Virus record (IMG/VR): IMGVR_UViG_3300045970_000131
Span: 1-57,393 of that record
Strand: one strand, 5' to 3'
DNA: 57,393 nucleotides
DNA from: a virus
Lineage: Duplodnaviria; Caudoviricetes
This document shows positions 53,506 to 57,393 of the stretch, in pieces. The notes under the pieces were generated by a model that had not been told where the DNA came from, searched no databases, and was given only the letters and a program-made list of their open reading frames with translations. Position 1 is the first letter of the stretch; every line of letters starts with the position of its first letter. A program made the position numbers and the translations under genes.

Positions 53506-55991
53506 GGGGTTAAACGTCTGGCAATCTGATCCTGCTGCTGGCGTAGATTGCTAATCTTTGCCTGCTTCTCACTGGCCGACATATCCGCTAATTCAATTTT
53601 CTTGATATTGTCGTTAATCCGCTTAGTGAGTTTTTTCACAGTTTCAACATTCCGATACACCTTGAGCTCACTATCATGGCTTTGACGGTAAGACTCGGCT
53701 TCGGCACCCTTGCCCTGCTTCTGTAAATGCTTCCATGTGCTGTATGCCTTTTCGAGCTCGGCAGCCTGGTCATACATTTGAGTAACGTAGCGGCTTTGAT
53801 CACTCGGCAGCTTGGCCACCATTCCGCCTGTAGCTGCTTTGTATAGGTCAAGCGCTGGCTTTGTGGGCTCATTCATTGTTGAACGTACCAATATATCAGA
53901 ACCAGACACGACAAACGATCCGATCCAGCCAAAATAGGACTGTACCAAGTGATCAATTTGTATCGGTGATAGGAAAGCATTGCCAGTCACCGCATTGCCT
54001 GCAGTGCTAACGCCGCGTGCAATTAGGCTAGTATCCTGGTTAAAGCGATAATCAGGGTCTAAGCGCTCCATGCCCATGCCCTCAATCGGGCGGCCCGTGA
54101 ATGAATCTTTATTGGCATAAATATCAATAATAGGTTTCACCAGCTGCGGTGTTGGGTTCATAGACAATTGGTTCATGACAAGGTTTGCTATGACCTTTTT
54201 GAAGCGATCACCAGTCATTTCTTTATCAAAGACCAGCTCAGCACCGCGCTCAGCAATGGTTGCAATAGCACCGATTTCAAACGGCTTAGGAATACGGAAA
54301 GCAGTACCACCAATTTTAAACCACCAGTAGTTGTCACGATCCCAGTCTTCGCGCTTTTTCCAGTCATCGTCATCACCATAGGCAGCAAGTAGGGCCAGTG
54401 ATGCCACGGTAACGGCACCAAGTACGATTGCAAAGCGTGCCTTGTCTTCATTGGCTGATTTTCCAAGCTTATACAGACCTTGTAAGCGTGCATTCATGAA
54501 TGGAACCACTTGGGTTAAGAATCGAACAGAAGTCCATGCACCATGCATAGAGAAGTCCATCAGGTCACGGGCCATCAATGATGCAGTCGCGTGATCCATG
54601 CCCTTAGCTTTAAGCTGATGATAGAGCGCCATGCGGTTGATTTCTTCTCCACGGTTGCCAAGCTCATTGTAGGCAGCGATAGAAGGATCAATGTATTTGT
54701 CGTACATTTTACGAACTTTGCTTTCATCATTAAGGATTGATTCATCACTGGCACCCTGCTTGATAAGCTGTCTTACCCGTGATGCGTCATTGCCTTCCAG
54801 CATGGTACCGAACCTGATCAGGCCACCGCCAGCTAGTGCAGATATGTACTCTTGCACTGGGTTCTTTTTATTGGTGAGTGCAATGCCCTCTTTAATGTTT
54901 TTAACTGGGTTGTAACTTAACTCTGCAGTAGCAATAGCCTGGACTGAATCTCGGATCAAGTTGCGCACTTTAAAGAATGGTGATGCAGTAACACCCACAG
55001 TTAAAAGATTCTTACTCATGGATAGTATGCCCATTGCACCATTACGCATACCGGCATATTCAAGGCTTGAAATTGCCGTGAGTATGTACGGATCATCTAC
55101 CTTGTATTCAACCTTGTTGCCGCCTTCCATGGCCCAAACGGTTTTTTTATCACCCATAACGGCCTTGTGTGCCAAGCCTAGTTGCTCGGCTGTCTTGAGC
55201 GTGGCCAATGCTGCGCGATTCTTTGCTGATGCATCAATCAAGTGAGCCCAATTCATTAAGGTATTTGAAAGCAGATCATTAAGCTTTTGATCACCGCCTT
55301 TTAGCTTTTTGAATGCCTCTTGGCGAATTACACCACCCTTGATGTTTAGGCCACGCACGCCGCCTTCTTGGTCTTCGGCCATACGGTAGAATGGCACATA
55401 AAAATCATGCTCCCAGTGTTTACGGCTTGCAGGATCAATCAGGCCAGACTGTTCAGCGATGTCCAGCACGTTACGGCTAAAGCCATTAAATTTAGCAAGT
55501 GAGTCTAGGTAAATGAGTGGCCGTTCGCGTGTGACATTACCATTAGCCAGCGTGTAGTCAAAGTCTGTTTGGCCATCGGTTAGTGACTTGAATGCAGTGA
55601 TGTCATCCTTAGTAAATAGATTCTCTTTACCTTCACGGGCTAGGCGCTCGGCACGGTTGCCAGCGATCCAGCGTAAAAAGTCGGTAGACTCCTTGCCCAG
55701 CGGGTAAAACACTTTATCAAGCACGCCGCCTGTATTGTCTGCATCAGTAACATCATTGCTTATTTTAAGCTTGCCATAATGCATGAAGGCTTCAAACGCG
55801 CCTGTTGCACCTTTTGACAATCGAAGCAATGTGTATGCATGAGAGTCGATGTCTTTCACTGGTGCAAACTGATCAAAAATACCTTGGGCCGCTTTTTTAC
55901 CTGCGTCTTGCCAGATTTCTTGAAGTGTCTCTTTTACAGTGTTTTTAGACAACACTGAGCCAGTGCGCTCTAGTGCTGCCTTTTGCTCTGG
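53499..55991 (-). CDS. Giant polyvalent protein, C-terminal part with LPD38-like domain (after the frameshift)
   Basis: YVPFYR, RNLIRD, DF...G...VPF.NARLQG, WDRDNYWW...RIPKPFEIG; frame extends upstream of the track start to PEQKAALERTGSV. Confidence 0.85.
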   Translation of the reverse strand, partial: PEQKAALERTGSVLSKNTVKETLQEIWQDAGKKAAQGIFDQFAPVKDIDSHAYTLLRLSKGATGAFEAFMHYGKLKISNDVTDADNTGGVLDKVFYPLGKESTDFLRWIAGNRAERLAREGKENLFTKDDITAFKSLTDGQTDFDYTLANGNVTRERPLIYLDSLAKFNGFSRNVLDIAEQSGLIDPASRKHWEHDFYVPFYRMAEDQEGGVRGLNIKGGVIRQEAFKKLKGGDQKLNDLLSNTLMNWAHLIDASAKNRAALATLKTAEQLGLAHKAVMGDKKTVWAMEGGNKVEYKVDDPYILTAISSLEYAGMRNGAMGILSMSKNLLTVGVTASPFFKVRNLIRDSVQAIATAELSYNPVKNIKEGIALTNKKNPVQEYISALAGGGLIRFGTMLEGNDASRVRQLIKQGASDESILNDESKVRKMYDKYIDPSIAAYNELGNRGEEINRMALYHQLKAKGMDHATASLMARDLMDFSMHGAWTSVRFLTQVVPFMNARLQGLYKLGKSANEDKARFAIVLGAVTVASLALLAAYGDDDDWKKREDWDRDNYWWFKIGGTAFRIPKPFEIGAIATIAERGAELVFDKEMTGDRFKKVIANLVMNQLSMNPTPQLVKPIIDIYANKDSFTGRPIEGMGMERLDPDYRFNQDTSLIARGVSTAGNAVTGNAFLSPIQIDHLVQSYFGWIGSFVVSGSDILVRSTMNEPTKPALDLYKAATGGMVAKLPSDQSRYVTQMYDQAAELEKAYSTWKHLQKQGKGAEAESYRQSHDSELKVYRNVETVKKLTKRINDNIKKIELADMSASEKQAKISNLRQQQDQIARRLTPQ

Positions 55992-57393
55992 CTGTATTGT
56001 CTACCTGAATTGCCAACGATGGATTTACGACTAAATAATATACTGTCATTGTTAGAATCGAATGAGCCAGTGTTGCCGATAGCGGATGGTATTTCTTCTT
56101 TTGTTACTTTTCCACCTGTAACCAACACTCGATAATCACCTTCATCAATGCCTAAACTTTTTAAGTTTTCAATCAAAGCCTTTTGATAATCTTCTTTAAA
56201 ATTGTTTATTTCAATCGGTTTTGTAATTGGTTTTACTGTATTCAAGTCAAGTAAAGGCTCTCCGTCTGAACCGTTGCCAACTTTTTCCCCTTCTACAATA
56301 TAGGCATATTCTCCACCATCTACGGGTTGAGGTATTTTTGCAACACTCAATCCACCCTCGCTCATACCTGTAGCCCAATTCTTCGAGCCACGGTGTGTGC
56401 CATTAATTAAATGCTCATAATCATCTTTTGATGTAGATACTCTAACAAATTGGTTTTCTTTTAAAGGGCTAAAGTATTCTTGCAATAACAGTTCGGCTTC
56501 TCTCTGCAAATCAGATATTGATTTAAACTTTAATTGCGTTAAAAGCTGAACATTGCCGTTATCGTCAATATAAATCGACTTATCTCCACTGCTTTCAATG
56601 GCATGGATAGGAACGCTTTTTAGATATTTCCCATTGTCTGTAATGTTTAATCTCATGTTTGAAAGATTAGCATTATTTACCGCATTTTGAATAGGCTTGC
56701 CGTTGCTGTTTAGGGTGGGGCGTTTTTTACTGTCAATGGTGATGGTGTCGGGCAGGGTTCGGCTATAAGCAATAGCCGTGGCTTGGTTTAACCCGTTATC
56801 CCGCCGCGCGAGGCGGATAATGCCGCCCAAAAAGCGTCCCCGCTCTCCCTGTGCTGTTGCTCGTAAGCTGGTAGATGTGATAACCGCTCTTTTAAGCGTT
56901 GCGCTGCCAGCGTCAACATTACGCGCTCCGTAGGTCTTGGCAAGTTTTGCAAATTCTGCATCTGTAAACTCTGTGCCATCGGCTCTATTTTTGAATGTTC
57001 CATCGTTAGTATCGTAGAATAAATCATCAATTTTTGCAACGCCTATTGCATTATTAGATTTATAAGTGACCTCAAAGTCAGTACCTTCGTTTTCAGTGAC
57101 AAAAACACCGTTCTTAATGGCGTTGTATGACGCATTAAGCATCTGGTCAAGGTTGTATTCGGTGTCGCCCTCTTTCCATTTAAACTCAAGCTCGCCCAAC
57201 ATATTAGGATGTGGTTGAATATGGTCAGTTGTTCCAAATTTAAGCGTGGTTGAAATCATATTTTCTAGGCGGCGCATCATTCCATCAGGGCTGATACCTT
57301 GCCGATCACCAGTAAATACCTTGCCGTTGTTATACGCCCAATTAGAAACGGCAGCATAAATAGCAGAACCGCCCTTGTATCTGCCCCAATTAG
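55970..57393 (-). CDS. Giant polyvalent protein, middle part (GNAT-like plus ART-like); open off the right edge
   Basis: Frame open to 57391 (NWGRYKGGSAIYAAVSNWAYNNGKVFTGD); R..S.NWATG..EGGLSV...GSDGEPLL domain; frame compatible with position 1. Confidence 0.8.
   Translation of the reverse strand, partial: NWGRYKGGSAIYAAVSNWAYNNGKVFTGDRQGISPDGMMRRLENMISTTLKFGTTDHIQPHPNMLGELEFKWKEGDTEYNLDQMLNASYNAIKNGVFVTENEGTDFEVTYKSNNAIGVAKIDDLFYDTNDGTFKNRADGTEFTDAEFAKLAKTYGARNVDAGSATLKRAVITSTSLRATAQGERGRFLGGIIRLARRDNGLNQATAIAYSRTLPDTITIDSKKRPTLNSNGKPIQNAVNNANLSNMRLNITDNGKYLKSVPIHAIESSGDKSIYIDDNGNVQLLTQLKFKSISDLQREAELLLQEYFSPLKENQFVRVSTSKDDYEHLINGTHRGSKNWATGMSEGGLSVAKIPQPVDGGEYAYIVEGEKVGNGSDGEPLLDLNTVKPITKPIEINNFKEDYQKALIENLKSLGIDEGDYRVLVTGGKVTKEEIPSAIGNTGSFDSNNDSILFSRKSIVGNSGRQYSQSKRQH
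56788..56919 (-). CDS. Possible fourth overprinted (+1 frame) peptide, 43 aa
   Basis: GGAG SD 6 nt before ATG at 56919; MLTLAAQRLKERLSHLPAYEQQHRESGDAFWAALSASRGGITG. Confidence 0.35.
   Translation of the reverse strand: MLTLAAQRLKERLSHLPAYEQQHRESGDAFWAALSASRGGITG

Overview
The window is a near-complete, circularly permuted temperate podovirus-type phage genome with lambdoid gene order. It is cut inside its largest gene and appears to be the excised form: attP, with a tRNA-Ser 3'-end core, lies intact next to int/xis. Modules: cI/cro switch with five ATAGG-N4-CCTAT-type operators; O/P-like replication genes; nin region; Q-like regulator; holin(s), lysozyme and Rz/Rz1; TerS; TerL split into two ORFs; P22-like portal; N4-gp56-like capsid; short tail and fibre; three ejection proteins. 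The last ejection protein is a ~4,800-aa polyvalent DarB-like protein. Its first 3,533 codons (10600 to 1, minus strand) are missing from the ORF track because the frame runs off the window edge; it resumes at 57393 and ends at 53499, with a 1-nt frameshift near 55993. Most notable observations: (1) 3-4 small genes with their own Shine-Dalgarno sites overprinted in the +1 frame of the giant gene's disordered linkers; (2) a lipoprotein next to cI ending in a 9/11 copy of the giant protein's N-terminal motif (LDxNGYIxDPY), suggesting superinfection exclusion by mimicry; (3) a bacterial DUF1800-DUF1501 pair inserted between TerL and portal, carrying tail-type beta-domains; (4) an antisense promoter plus structured RNA right behind the giant protein's BECR RNase domain; (5) a Tad2 / Gp49(Acb4-like) anti-defence pair. 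All family calls come from motif recognition by eye, not database searches.
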